A stretch of DNA of 64,000 bases from NCBI GenBank assembly GCA_017518935.1, contig JAFWTK010000223.1, positions 1,503-65,502 of the forward strand, given 5' to 3'. Of this stretch, positions 41,393 through 50,903 are shown piece after piece. A program made the position numbers and the translations under genes. The notes below the pieces were generated by a model, which was given only the letters and a program-made list of their open reading frames with translations, was not told the origin of the DNA and searched no databases. Every line of letters starts with the position of its first letter. Position 1 is the first letter of the stretch. The DNA comes from Prevotella sp. (lineage in GTDB: Bacteria > Bacteroidota > Bacteroidia > Bacteroidales > Bacteroidaceae).

Positions 41393-42400
41393 ATGAAGAA
41401 AACATCCTTTTTTATTGCCGCCGCACTGGCTATTGCCTCGTGCGGCGGCAATCATCAAAATGCCAATGATCCATTGGCGGAGAGTGGACGTACACAACGG
41501 ACAGAGAATCTCCTGACGAACCTGATAGCGCTGGGAGATAGCAGCGTCTATTTGTTTGGCCATCACGATGACACTGTCTATGGCGTTGGATGGGAAGCAG
41601 ATTACGCCAACGATTCCACTATCGGTATAAAGTCGGACGTGAAAGGCATCTGTAATGATCTGCCCGCAGTGCTCTCTTTCGACTTAGGGTATATTGAATT
41701 GGGAGAAGACAAGAATCTCAATGGCGTCCCCTTCGACCGTATCAGGAAAGAAGCCATCAACCACTTTGATCATGGAGGACTGATCACACTCTCATGGCAT
41801 CCAGATAATCAGGATGCCGACAAGGTTGCAGATTTTCTAAACACTTTGGAAACGCCTTATGGCGTGAGGGTACCCGTGGTGCTAAGGCTCCCAGATGCCA
41901 CCAAGGACGAATGGAAGAAGACGGTGAAATGTCTGAAAGAAAAAGGCGTGGTAAATGCACTCTATGCCTATTCGTCAAACGATAATGGAAACTATATGGA
42001 GCACTATCCTGGTGACGACATCATCGACCTGCTGGGCCTAGACATCTATTGCGATGCACCAGAGGGCGACACCACGCAAGTGGCTGCATACGCAGAGGCC
42101 CTCGATAAGCAGTTGACAATCATCCGTGATATTGCCAAGGAACACGGCAAGGCAATGGCCTTGACAGAAACAGGTTACGAGGGTATCAAGACCACCGATT
42201 GGTGGTCCAATATCTTAGCCCCAGTTCTTGCTAAACACCCTGTCTGTTATGTACTTATATGGCGTAACAACCATGAGAATCCCTCTCAATACTACGCCCC
42301 ATACCCAGGTCATCCCTCTACAAACGACTTTGTCAGATTCTATAACGATCCGAGAACACTATTCCTGCACGATGTCAACGGTCTGTATCTAAAAAAGTAA
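41393..42400 (+). CDS. GH26 beta-mannanase-like lipoprotein lacking the acid/base loop
   Basis: FGHHDD, SDVK, LSWH, YPGDDIID, ALTETG and IWRN are present; the R-P-x-H-E-x-x-G-x-W-F-W-W segment is absent. Confidence 0.85.
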   Translation: MKKTSFFIAAALAIASCGGNHQNANDPLAESGRTQRTENLLTNLIALGDSSVYLFGHHDDTVYGVGWEADYANDSTIGIKSDVKGICNDLPAVLSFDLGYIELGEDKNLNGVPFDRIRKEAINHFDHGGLITLSWHPDNQDADKVADFLNTLETPYGVRVPVVLRLPDATKDEWKKTVKCLKEKGVVNALYAYSSNDNGNYMEHYPGDDIIDLLGLDIYCDAPEGDTTQVAAYAEALDKQLTIIRDIAKEHGKAMALTETGYEGIKTTDWWSNILAPVLAKHPVCYVLIWRNNHENPSQYYAPYPGHPSTNDFVRFYNDPRTLFLHDVNGLYLKK

Positions 42401-42419
42401 CAACTAATCGCTCAGAAAG

Positions 42420-43424
42420 ATGAAACCATATAAGTTTGAACCGTATCTGAAGACCACCCTGTGGGGGGGCTACCAGATTGCACCTTTTAAGGGTATCTTT
42501 ACCGCCCAGCCAAACATCGGTGAAAGTTGGGAAATCAGTGGCGTACCCGGTCACGAGAGCCGCGCCATAGAGCGCGGACTTATCGATGACGTGGATGTAG
42601 GCCTGACACTGACAGAACTTATCGACAAGTACAAAGGTCTGCTGGTGGGGCAGAAGGTTTATAAGAAATACGGCAACCAGTTCCCGCTGTTGGTGAAGTT
42701 CATCGACTCACGTCAGGATCTCAGCGTGCAGGTACACCCTGATGACAAATTAGCCATGGAGCGTCACGGTTGTCAGGGAAAGACGGAGATGTGGTACATC
42801 ATCAAGAGTGATGTGGGTGCTAAGATCTATTCCGGTTTGAAGAAAAGCATCACTCCCGACGAATATGAGCAACTGGCCAATGCCCCCGTTCCCGAAACAG
42901 TCCCTGATGGTTTGCCGTCAAGTTCCCATTCCCCCATGCAAGATGTGATAGCCACACACGAGGCTCATGACGGCGACCTCTTTTTCCTGCCAGCAGGCCG
43001 TCTGCATGCCATCGGTGCCGGCAACTTCCTGGCTGAAATACAAGAGACCAGCGACATCACCTACCGCGTCTACGACTTCGGACGAAAGGATGCCCATGGC
43101 CAGCCCCGTGAACTGCATATCCAACAGGCCCGCGATGCCATCGACTATCGCGTGTGGCCCGAATACCGCAGCAGTTACGATTCGACGAAACCCATCTCAC
43201 AACTCGTCAACTGTCCCCATTTCGTTGTTCATCGTGTTGTCGTACAAGTAGCCTCGCAGGTCGATTTCCACTGCGACTCGTTTGTGGTGGTGATGTGTCT
43301 TTGGGGCGAGGCAAACATCAACGGTATCAGCATCCGTCAGGGTGAGACCATCCTCGTGCCCGCCTGCGAAAACGTGCTCTACATCTTCGGAAACGCATCA
43401 TTCCTGACGGCTACGATAGGATAA
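42420..43424 (+). CDS. manA: Mannose-6-phosphate isomerase, type I
   Basis: Motifs GESWEIS, FPLLVKFID, LSVQVHPDD, GKTEMWY and EIQETSDITYR. Confidence 0.92.
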   Translation: MKPYKFEPYLKTTLWGGYQIAPFKGIFTAQPNIGESWEISGVPGHESRAIERGLIDDVDVGLTLTELIDKYKGLLVGQKVYKKYGNQFPLLVKFIDSRQDLSVQVHPDDKLAMERHGCQGKTEMWYIIKSDVGAKIYSGLKKSITPDEYEQLANAPVPETVPDGLPSSSHSPMQDVIATHEAHDGDLFFLPAGRLHAIGAGNFLAEIQETSDITYRVYDFGRKDAHGQPRELHIQQARDAIDYRVWPEYRSSYDSTKPISQLVNCPHFVVHRVVVQVASQVDFHCDSFVVVMCLWGEANINGISIRQGETILVPACENVLYIFGNASFLTATIG

Positions 43425-43433
43425 ACAGACCAT

Positions 43434-44108
43434 CTATCGCAGGGAGAAAGTTTTTGTAACGAGGCCTTTGTAGGTGTTTACCGTGAGATGGACGGAGTCA
43501 GCCTCAATCTGTGAGGTCAGGATACTGGCGTAGACTTGTGAAGAATAATACTCGGGGACACCAGCCTGATCGTGATAGAGCCGGAGATAGCAAGTGCGAG
43601 TGGCATCCGGATGCGTCATAATGGTGTCCTGAATAACATGAATTGTATGAATAGCCTCATCATTGTCTGACGCACCTGTCATCAGGTATAGACTCAGATT
43701 CAGGTATTTGCCCGTCTTGCTCAACCAAGCACTCTCGAACTTCACAGGATCGGTTTTCATTTCCTTTTTCAGTGCTGATATAGGAGTAATGTTAGGACAT
43801 GGCACCAGACCAATGGATATCGGTTCGAAGACATCATAGCCCCTCTCATCGCGTACCTTATTATAATATAGAATACAACGATAGACGGAATCGGGGGTGA
43901 CAACCAGTTTGGCCGTAAAGGGCTTGGAAGCCAACAACTGCTCACCATCGTCGGTAATAATCTGGTCGATCTGTTTATCAGCATTGGCACGCGCCTCCAC
44001 GAAGTCTGCCCGCATCAGGGAGTATTTGCCCTCACCTTTCTCGTAGGCATCTTGTGTACAGCCACAGATGACGCAGATGACACAGATAAGGCCAAATAAT
44101 CTTTTCAT
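43434..44108 (-). CDS. NigD-like lipoprotein
   Basis: Lipoprotein signal; motifs DPVKFESAW, YLNLSL and LRLYHDQ. Located downstream of the acyltransferase. Confidence 0.7.
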   Translation of the reverse strand: MKRLFGLICVICVICGCTQDAYEKGEGKYSLMRADFVEARANADKQIDQIITDDGEQLLASKPFTAKLVVTPDSVYRCILYYNKVRDERGYDVFEPISIGLVPCPNITPISALKKEMKTDPVKFESAWLSKTGKYLNLSLYLMTGASDNDEAIHTIHVIQDTIMTHPDATRTCYLRLYHDQAGVPEYYSSQVYASILTSQIEADSVHLTVNTYKGLVTKTFSLR

Positions 44109-45238
44109 TGGGCAGCAAATTTATTACGAACAGGATTAGCATACATCGTAAGAATACGCTCACGGAGGAAGGCCTCATCCTTGTCGGGGAGTTGAATCTT
44201 GGCGAGTTGGCCAGAGAGATACTGCTCAAAGCGCTGTTTGTCGGCCTCAGAATAATGACTGGCATGATCCTTATTACCATTGAGTTCATCAAGGGCGATG
44301 TAGTTGCAAGGGAAGAGTTCGTAGTTACGATGAATCTCCCTGTCCATACGCTCAGCCACGGCCTTATAATACTCCGTCTTGGGTAACCCTTCAAGTTCGC
44401 CAAGCCATGTATTAACAGGGGCAGCGGCACGATAGACCACACGGCCCTTATAACCAAAGATACCCGTCTTCATATTGTCAAGGTCGTCCTGGCGCGATTT
44501 CCTGAAAGCAGGATTGTCACGCTTCTGCTGGAACTCCTGTGCCTTGAGGTAGTCGCAGGGGTCGTACTCATAACTGATGGTCAGCGGCACGATGTTCAGT
44601 TCTTTCAGGTCGCCACCCATGGCCAACATCTTCAGTACGGCATCCTGTGTGCGGTCATCTGAGTCCTTCGCTCTTCCTTCACGCTGCGCAATCCAGATAT
44701 TCTCCTTTTTCTGTGTCACGGCATAGTGGATATAGCGGCTCATGAGTTGTGAGGCGGCAAGTGTCTCACGGAGCGAGAGTCCACGACGCACGGTAAAGGC
44801 CTTGTTCATCCGAACCAGACGCTTAATCCAAGGATAGATGAGCAGATTGTCGCCAATACCAATCTCAACAGTAGTAGGATAGCCAGCATTCACCAGTTTC
44901 ACGTCGAGAAAGGCGGAGTCGAGTACGATATCACGGTGATTACTGACAAAGGTGAACCGCGATTCATAGTCCCCCAACTTAGCATCATCGAAAGAACATC
45001 CGTCAGTATGCTTGCGGATGATGTAGTTGACCACAGGCTTCATGAACCGCTTTTGAAAATCGAGCGGAGTCTTGACACCCGTGAAGGCGAGACGCAGCAG
45101 ACCGTTACGCACAGACTTCGGCAGCCAAGGGGCAAAACCCTTCAGCACCACTTGAAACTGGCGGTCGTCCAACAGGTCTTCAAAGGCCTGTTTCATTTCC
45201 TCCGGCTCGTACGGCCTTATCTCGTCAAACTCACTCAT
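44105..45238 (-). CDS. Glycerolipid acyltransferase (PlsC-like)
   Basis: NHRDIVLD (HxxxxD) and WIAQREGR motifs. Confidence 0.88.
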   Translation of the reverse strand: MSEFDEIRPYEPEEMKQAFEDLLDDRQFQVVLKGFAPWLPKSVRNGLLRLAFTGVKTPLDFQKRFMKPVVNYIIRKHTDGCSFDDAKLGDYESRFTFVSNHRDIVLDSAFLDVKLVNAGYPTTVEIGIGDNLLIYPWIKRLVRMNKAFTVRRGLSLRETLAASQLMSRYIHYAVTQKKENIWIAQREGRAKDSDDRTQDAVLKMLAMGGDLKELNIVPLTISYEYDPCDYLKAQEFQQKRDNPAFRKSRQDDLDNMKTGIFGYKGRVVYRAAAPVNTWLGELEGLPKTEYYKAVAERMDREIHRNYELFPCNYIALDELNGNKDHASHYSEADKQRFEQYLSGQLAKIQLPDKDEAFLRERILTMYANPVRNKFAAQ

Positions 45239-46227
45239 ATAAACTGGTTCTCAACAATCTCCGTCAGCACCTCCGTCATAGAGAGACCGGCAGCCTTCAC
45301 CTGCTGCGGAATGAAACTGGTGGCAGTCATTCCTGGCGTGGTGTTCACCTCCAGCATGGATATCTTACCCTCCCTTGAGATGATATAGTCGATGCGGATG
45401 ATACCGTTGCAGTGCAGGATATCATAGATATGTGAGGTGATCTTGCGCACTCTGTCTGCGATATCCGCAGGAATACGGGCAGGCGTGATCTCCTGAACCT
45501 GGCCATTGTACTTTGCATCGTAGTCGAAAAACTCATTCGACGACACCACCTCCGTAATCGGGAACAAAACGGTCTTATCATGGGTCTTGTAAATACCCTG
45601 GGTTATCTCTGTGCCTTCAAGGAAACTCTCGACCATAATCTCCGGACTCTCCATCATCGCCTTGCGGATGGCGGGAGCCAACTGATCCTTATTTTTCACC
45701 TTCGACACGCCAAATGACGAACCGTCAGCAGCAGGCTTCACAAAGCAGGGCATACCGATGCGCTCTTCTATCTCATCATCAGTCACCAGTTCCTCATAGC
45801 CCTTACGAATCAGCAACGAATCGGCCACGCTCACACCATAGCCCCTCAGGTACTGGTTCAGCACAAACTTGTCGAAGGTCATGGCCTCCACCAGCACACC
45901 ACTTGTAGAATACGGCAGATCTATCAGGTCGAAATAACCTTGCAGCAAACCGTTCTCACCAGGTGTACCGTGGATGGTGATATAGGCATAGTCGAAAAGA
46001 CGCGCCTTACCGTCCTCGACAAATGAAAAGTCATTGCGGTCTATTGGGGTCGTTGTACCATCGGGCAGTTCCACATGCCAGTCCTGTCCTTTGATATCCA
46101 CGATATAAACATTATAGCGCTCCTTGTCGAAGAAGGAGTAGAGTCCCTGTGCAGAGCGCAGTGACACGTCGTGTTCCGATGAGTCGCCACCACAGACGAT
46201 GGCTATGGTTCTCTTTAAGTTTTGCAT
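45235..46227 (-). CDS. ddl: D-alanine--D-alanine ligase
   Basis: Motifs GGDSSEHDVS, IHGTPGENG, GSSFG and LEVNTTPGMT. Confidence 0.96.
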   Translation of the reverse strand: MQNLKRTIAIVCGGDSSEHDVSLRSAQGLYSFFDKERYNVYIVDIKGQDWHVELPDGTTTPIDRNDFSFVEDGKARLFDYAYITIHGTPGENGLLQGYFDLIDLPYSTSGVLVEAMTFDKFVLNQYLRGYGVSVADSLLIRKGYEELVTDDEIEERIGMPCFVKPAADGSSFGVSKVKNKDQLAPAIRKAMMESPEIMVESFLEGTEITQGIYKTHDKTVLFPITEVVSSNEFFDYDAKYNGQVQEITPARIPADIADRVRKITSHIYDILHCNGIIRIDYIISREGKISMLEVNTTPGMTATSFIPQQVKAAGLSMTEVLTEIVENQFI

Positions 46228-46251
46228 TGTTTCTTTTAATTATATACCTTT

Positions 46252-47316
46252 TTATTTTTGTACCTTTATATATTTTCTCCACTTATCGATGAGTGCCGCC
46301 ATATCTTCCGGCCACTCCGACGTAAAGTCCATCTGCTGGCCTGTCGAAGGATGAACAAAACCCAAGGTCTTGGCGTGCAACACCTGACGGGGACAGAGTT
46401 TAAAACAGTTCTGGATAAAAGCCTTATAACTGGCGGTTCGCTCTCCGCGTCGGATCTCGCAGCCTCCATAGCGTTCGTCACAGAACAGCGGATGTCCGAT
46501 GTGCTTCATGTGCGCCCTGATCTGATGCGTACGCCCTGTCTCTAAAACACACTCCACCAATGTCACATAGCCATAGCGCTCCAGCACCTTATAATGGGTC
46601 ACGGCAGGCTTGCCTGTCTCGGAGTCGGGGGGAAAAACCTCCATCCGCAAACGGTCTTTCGGATCACGCCCGATGTTGCCTTCTATTCTCCCCTCGTCTT
46701 CCACGAAGTTTCCCCACACCAAGGCATTGTAACTGCGGTGGGTGGACTTATTGAAGAACTGCTTCCCTAAGGAGGTCTTCGCATCTGGGGTCTTGGCAAC
46801 CACCAGCAGGCCACTGGTGTCCTTGTCAATGCGGTGCACCAGTCCTACTTCCGGGTCATTCGGGTCGTACGATGCCAGATCCTTCAGATGCCAGGCGATG
46901 GCATTCACCAGCGTACCACTGAAGTTGCCACAGCCAGGATGGACCACCATACCCGCAGGCTTGTTGATGACCATCAGGTCATCGTCTTCAAAGACCACTT
47001 CCAGAGGGATATCCTCCGGTTCTATTGTTGTATCATAATGCGGTCGGTCAAGCATCAGGGTGACGACATCTCCCGCACGTACCTTATAGTTACTCTTTAC
47101 AGGCGTTCCATTCACATGGATAAAACCCGCCTCAGCGGCCTTCTGGATGCGGTTACGACTGGAATGGGGTTGGTGCTCAGACAGGAACTTGTCGATGCGG
47201 ACGGGCTCCTGACCCTTGTCCACCTCTATACGGAAGTGCTCGTAGAGTTGCCCGTCTTCCGAAGGTTCTTCTACTTGCCCGTCTTCAAGTTCTATTTCAT
47301 CCAAATCCTCTATCAT
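46252..47316 (-). CDS. rluD: RluA/RluD-family pseudouridine synthase
   Basis: S4 domain; motifs NKPAGMVVHP, VHRIDKDTSG and LETGRTHQIRAH. Confidence 0.92.
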   Translation of the reverse strand: MIEDLDEIELEDGQVEEPSEDGQLYEHFRIEVDKGQEPVRIDKFLSEHQPHSSRNRIQKAAEAGFIHVNGTPVKSNYKVRAGDVVTLMLDRPHYDTTIEPEDIPLEVVFEDDDLMVINKPAGMVVHPGCGNFSGTLVNAIAWHLKDLASYDPNDPEVGLVHRIDKDTSGLLVVAKTPDAKTSLGKQFFNKSTHRSYNALVWGNFVEDEGRIEGNIGRDPKDRLRMEVFPPDSETGKPAVTHYKVLERYGYVTLVECVLETGRTHQIRAHMKHIGHPLFCDERYGGCEIRRGERTASYKAFIQNCFKLCPRQVLHAKTLGFVHPSTGQQMDFTSEWPEDMAALIDKWRKYIKVQK

Positions 47317-47377
47317 CCTTATCCCTCTTCCCGCATTTATCAGGTAATCATAATTCCTAATTTCTAATTCCTAATTT

Positions 47378-48043
47378 TTAATAATCCCCCGTTACCTCCT
47401 CAAACTCGTCCGACTCTGCTGCACCCTCTTCATTTATGAACTGCTGGTAGCCGGGTTCCACATAGTCGAAGTCTTCTTCTTCGCTGTCGTACATGCCACT
47501 GCCAATCATCAGTGTCAAGGGGGAGTCGATAGACACCATATCACCTGTCGACACCCGACGGCCACGACTGATGATGCCATACACCCAGTCCTTTGCGCCA
47601 GGTACAGTTTTCGGTGGGAGGAGTTTGAAGCCCATGGCCATCAGTTTAGCCTCTGCCTCGCGGTAACTGCTGTTGTCCACCACATCAGGAATGGCAAAAG
47701 TAGGCGATGAAGGAGAGTTTAACGTCACATAGATGGTATGCCCTTCCTTCACCGTTGTTCCCTCACCGGGACTCTGGGCCAAAATACAGTTGGCAGGCAG
47801 ACGCTTGTTAAAACCAGAGTCAGTCACCAGAATGTTCAGACCTTTCTCTTCCGCCAGCGTACGGGCATTCACATAGATCATCCCCTCCACCTTTGGTACC
47901 ACAATTCCCTCGCCATGATGGGTGTACCACTCCAGTCCGTACTTCACTCCTAAGCAAAGCAGGACTATCACCAGTGCCATCGCCAGCAGATTGCCAAGCA
48001 GATAGGCACTCACGAACTTTCCAAAGAACTCCTTTGTTTTCAT
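47378..48043 (-). CDS. PASTA-domain membrane protein
   Basis: N-terminal TM helix; motifs YTHHGE, VPKVEG, QSPGEG and IPDVVD. ATG at 48043. Confidence 0.85.
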   Translation of the reverse strand: MKTKEFFGKFVSAYLLGNLLAMALVIVLLCLGVKYGLEWYTHHGEGIVVPKVEGMIYVNARTLAEEKGLNILVTDSGFNKRLPANCILAQSPGEGTTVKEGHTIYVTLNSPSSPTFAIPDVVDNSSYREAEAKLMAMGFKLLPPKTVPGAKDWVYGIISRGRRVSTGDMVSIDSPLTLMIGSGMYDSEEEDFDYVEPGYQQFINEEGAAESDEFEEVTGDY

Positions 48044-48098
48044 GGTTGCAAAGGTACGAATAAACGAATGAAAAACCAAATTTGTTACAACAAAAAAC

Positions 48099-48132
48099 AG
48101 AAAGAAGCAAAGATTATTCTCTACTTCTTTCT
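48099..48132 (-). terminator. rpmH terminator
   Basis: AGAAAGAAG...CTTCTTTCT inverted repeat with an adjacent A-tract (T-tract on minus). Confidence 0.55.
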
Positions 48133-48165
48133 ATTTTAACTCATTTTTCTACGAAATCAGAAGAA

Positions 48166-48321
48166 TTACTTTCCGTGATTCTCGTCAGAAACCGTTAACT
48201 TCTTACGTCCTTTGGCACGACGTGAAGCCAAAACGCGGCGGCCGTTCTTCGTGGCCATTCTTTCACGGAAGCCGTGCTTGTTCACGCGACGGCGATTGTG
48301 GGGCTGAAATGTTCTTTTCAT
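48166..48321 (-). CDS. rpmH: 50S ribosomal protein L34 (not in the ORF track)
   Basis: Manual translation: [51 protein letters not shown]. Confidence 0.97.
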   Translation of the reverse strand: MKRTFQPHNRRRVNKHGFRERMATKNGRRVLASRRAKGRKKLTVSDENHGK

Positions 48322-48366
48322 TGCTTTTTACTTATTTATTTGTTATATTTTCACTGATTTGGGCTG

Positions 48367-48449
48367 CAAAAGTACTCATTTCTTTTGAATTACGCAAGAA
48401 AATTGTGAGATTTTTCACTTTTCACTTTTCACTTTTTTTCGTACCTTTG
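48367..48449. promoter_or_regulatory. Divergent rpmH / efp promoters
   Basis: TACTTTTG on minus (48367-48374) and TACCTTTG on plus (48442-48449). Confidence 0.65.
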
Positions 48450-48487
48450 CACCCGAAAACGATATAAAATCAATATTTAAAGGTTAT

Positions 48488-49054
48488 ATGATTAATTCAC
48501 AAGACATTAAAAAAGGCACTGCCATCCGTATGGACGGCGGCATTTGGGTGTGCATCGATTTCCAGCACAGAAAACCAGGCAAAGGCAACACGATTATGAT
48601 CATCAAGGTAAAGAACGTTTCCGATGGTCGTGTATTGGAACGCCGCTTCAACATCGGTGAAAAACTCGAGGATGTAGTTATCGAGCGTCGTCCCTACCAG
48701 TATCTCTATGAGGACCAGAGCGGACGTATCTTCATGAACCAGGAGACTTTCGAGCAGATTCCCATCGACAACGAACTCGTGATCGGTCATGAGTATATGA
48801 AGGAGAGCGATATCGTGGAGGTTGTTTCTGACACCACCGACGGTACTATCCTGTATGCTGAAATGCCCGTGAAGACCGTGCTCCGCGTCACTCATTCCGA
48901 GCCAGGTGTGAAGGGCGACACAGCCACCAACACCCTGAAGCCCGCTACACTGGAGACTGGCGTAGAGGTTCGCGTCCCCCTGTTTATCAACGAGGGCGAC
49001 CTCATTCAGGTGGACACTCGTGACGGCAGTTATCTGCAGCGCGTGAAAGAGTAA
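48488..49054 (+). CDS. efp: Elongation factor P
   Basis: Motifs HRKPGKG, PGVKGDT, KPATLETG and VPLFI. Confidence 0.97.
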   Translation: MINSQDIKKGTAIRMDGGIWVCIDFQHRKPGKGNTIMIIKVKNVSDGRVLERRFNIGEKLEDVVIERRPYQYLYEDQSGRIFMNQETFEQIPIDNELVIGHEYMKESDIVEVVSDTTDGTILYAEMPVKTVLRVTHSEPGVKGDTATNTLKPATLETGVEVRVPLFINEGDLIQVDTRDGSYLQRVKE

Positions 49055-49075
49055 TCGAACATTGAGAATCGAACA

Positions 49076-50161
49076 TTGAAGTATTCGGTCATCGTCCCCG
49101 TTTACAATCGTCCCGATGAAGTGGACGAACTACTCGAAAGCCTGTCTAATCAAACACTCAAGGATTTCGAAGTCATCATTGTGGAGGACGGATCGGTAAC
49201 CCCCTGCAAGGATGTTTGCGACAAATACGCAGACATCCTTGTTTTGCATTATTACGCCAAGGAGAACAGCGGCCCAGGCCAGAGCCGCAACTATGGTGCT
49301 GAACGTGCCAATGGTGACTGGCTCATCATCCTCGACTCCGACGTCGTCCTGCCCAAGGGCTATCTTGCCGCCATCGACACTTCCATCTGCCATCAGCCAT
49401 CAGGCATCGCAGCCTTTGGCGGCCCTGATGCAGCCCATCCCTCCTTCACCCCCGTGCAGAAGGCCATCTCCTACTCTATGACCTCTTTCTTCACTACAGG
49501 CGGTATCCGAGGCGGAAAGACGAAATTAGACAAGTTCTACCCCCGTTCCTTCAATATGGGCATCCGTCGTGATGCCTATCACCAACTGGGCGGTTTTTCC
49601 AAGATGCGCTTTGGCGAGGATATCGACTTCTCCTACCGTATCGTGGAGGCAGGCCACAAGACCCGGCTCTTCCCGGAGGCATGGGTATGGCACAAGCGTC
49701 GCACAGACTTCCGTAAGTTCTTCCGTCAGGTGTATAACAGCGGTATCGCCCGTATCAACCTGACGAAACGCCATCCTGGCACCCTGAAAATCGTGCATCT
49801 GTTGCCGACGGTATTCACCCTTGGCGTGATTGGCTGTCTGCTGCTCTTCGCCTTAGGGGTAGGACTCTATATTGAAGGCGAGTGGCTGGATGCCTATGGA
49901 CTTCGTCCCACAGACAACATGCATCAAGGCGTGGGCTTTGTATTCAGCATCCTAGGACTACTGCCATTACTGTTCTATTCACTCCTCATCTTTATCGACT
50001 CCTCCATCCGTAACCGTAGTTTCTGGGTGGGACTACTCAGTATCCCTGCCGCTTTCGTCCAACTGACGGGCTATGGGCTCGGGTTCATCGAAGCATGGTT
50101 GAAACGCTGCATCCTCAAACAAGACGAATTCCAAGCGTTCGAACGGACATTCTACAAATAA
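49076..50161 (+). CDS. Glycosyltransferase family 2 with C-terminal TM helices
   Basis: Motifs SVIVPVYNR, VEDGS, LDSD and GEDIDF. TTG start. Confidence 0.9.
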   Translation: MKYSVIVPVYNRPDEVDELLESLSNQTLKDFEVIIVEDGSVTPCKDVCDKYADILVLHYYAKENSGPGQSRNYGAERANGDWLIILDSDVVLPKGYLAAIDTSICHQPSGIAAFGGPDAAHPSFTPVQKAISYSMTSFFTTGGIRGGKTKLDKFYPRSFNMGIRRDAYHQLGGFSKMRFGEDIDFSYRIVEAGHKTRLFPEAWVWHKRRTDFRKFFRQVYNSGIARINLTKRHPGTLKIVHLLPTVFTLGVIGCLLLFALGVGLYIEGEWLDAYGLRPTDNMHQGVGFVFSILGLLPLLFYSLLIFIDSSIRNRSFWVGLLSIPAAFVQLTGYGLGFIEAWLKRCILKQDEFQAFERTFYK

Positions 50162-50188
50162 TACAAACCCTCAAAACTTTAAATCAAT

Positions 50189-50875
50189 ATGGAAAAACTT
50201 ACAATTGCACATTGGTCAGAAGACGACCAGCCGCGTGAGAAACTGCGCGACAAAGGGCCACAGACACTCAGCAATGCAGAATTGCTGGCTATACTCATTG
50301 GCTCTGGCACACCAGGCACGAGTGCCGTTGAACTGATGCAGGAGGTATTGAACCACTGCAACAACAACCTCAACACTATCGGAAAGATGACCATCCGTGA
50401 CCTCTGCCAGTACAAAGGCATTGGCGAGGCGAAGGCCATCACCATCCTCGCTGCCTGTGAACTCGGCAAGCGTCGCCAAAAGGAGTCGCCTGAAGAACGA
50501 CCCAAACTGGATACCGCCACCAAGATCTACAAAGAGATACACCCGCTGATGCAAGACCTTGATGTGGAGGAGTTCTGGGTGCTGTTACTCAACCAGAACC
50601 ACCGCCTCATCAAGAAAGTACGCATCTCTCATGGTGGCATTACGGAGACAGCCGTCGATATCCGCATCATCATCCGTGAAGCCGTATTGGCCAATGCCAC
50701 CATCCTCGCCGTCTGCCACAACCATCCTTCTGGCAACCTTTCCCCCAGCAAGGCCGACGATGACCTGACCCGCAACATCCATCGCGCCTGCGAACTGATG
50801 CGCATCCACTTCATGGATCACGTCATCATTACCGACGGCCAGTACTACTCCTACCACGAGTTAGGCAGATGCTGA
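50189..50875 (+). CDS. radC: RadC (UPF0758) JAB-domain protein
   Basis: Motifs PREKL, LSNAELLAILI, HNHPSG and DHVII. Confidence 0.95.
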   Translation: MEKLTIAHWSEDDQPREKLRDKGPQTLSNAELLAILIGSGTPGTSAVELMQEVLNHCNNNLNTIGKMTIRDLCQYKGIGEAKAITILAACELGKRRQKESPEERPKLDTATKIYKEIHPLMQDLDVEEFWVLLLNQNHRLIKKVRISHGGITETAVDIRIIIREAVLANATILAVCHNHPSGNLSPSKADDDLTRNIHRACELMRIHFMDHVIITDGQYYSYHELGRC

Positions 50876-50903
50876 AAGACCATATCACTTTTGCAAAAAA
50901 ATA

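Noticed and set aside
48222-48467. 81-aa plus-strand ORF in the track
   Set aside because: It is antisense to rpmH and runs through the divergent promoters.
50189-50875. radC as a marker of a mobile element
   Set aside because: It is the full-length form in the usual efp-GT2-radC housekeeping context, with no mobility genes nearby.
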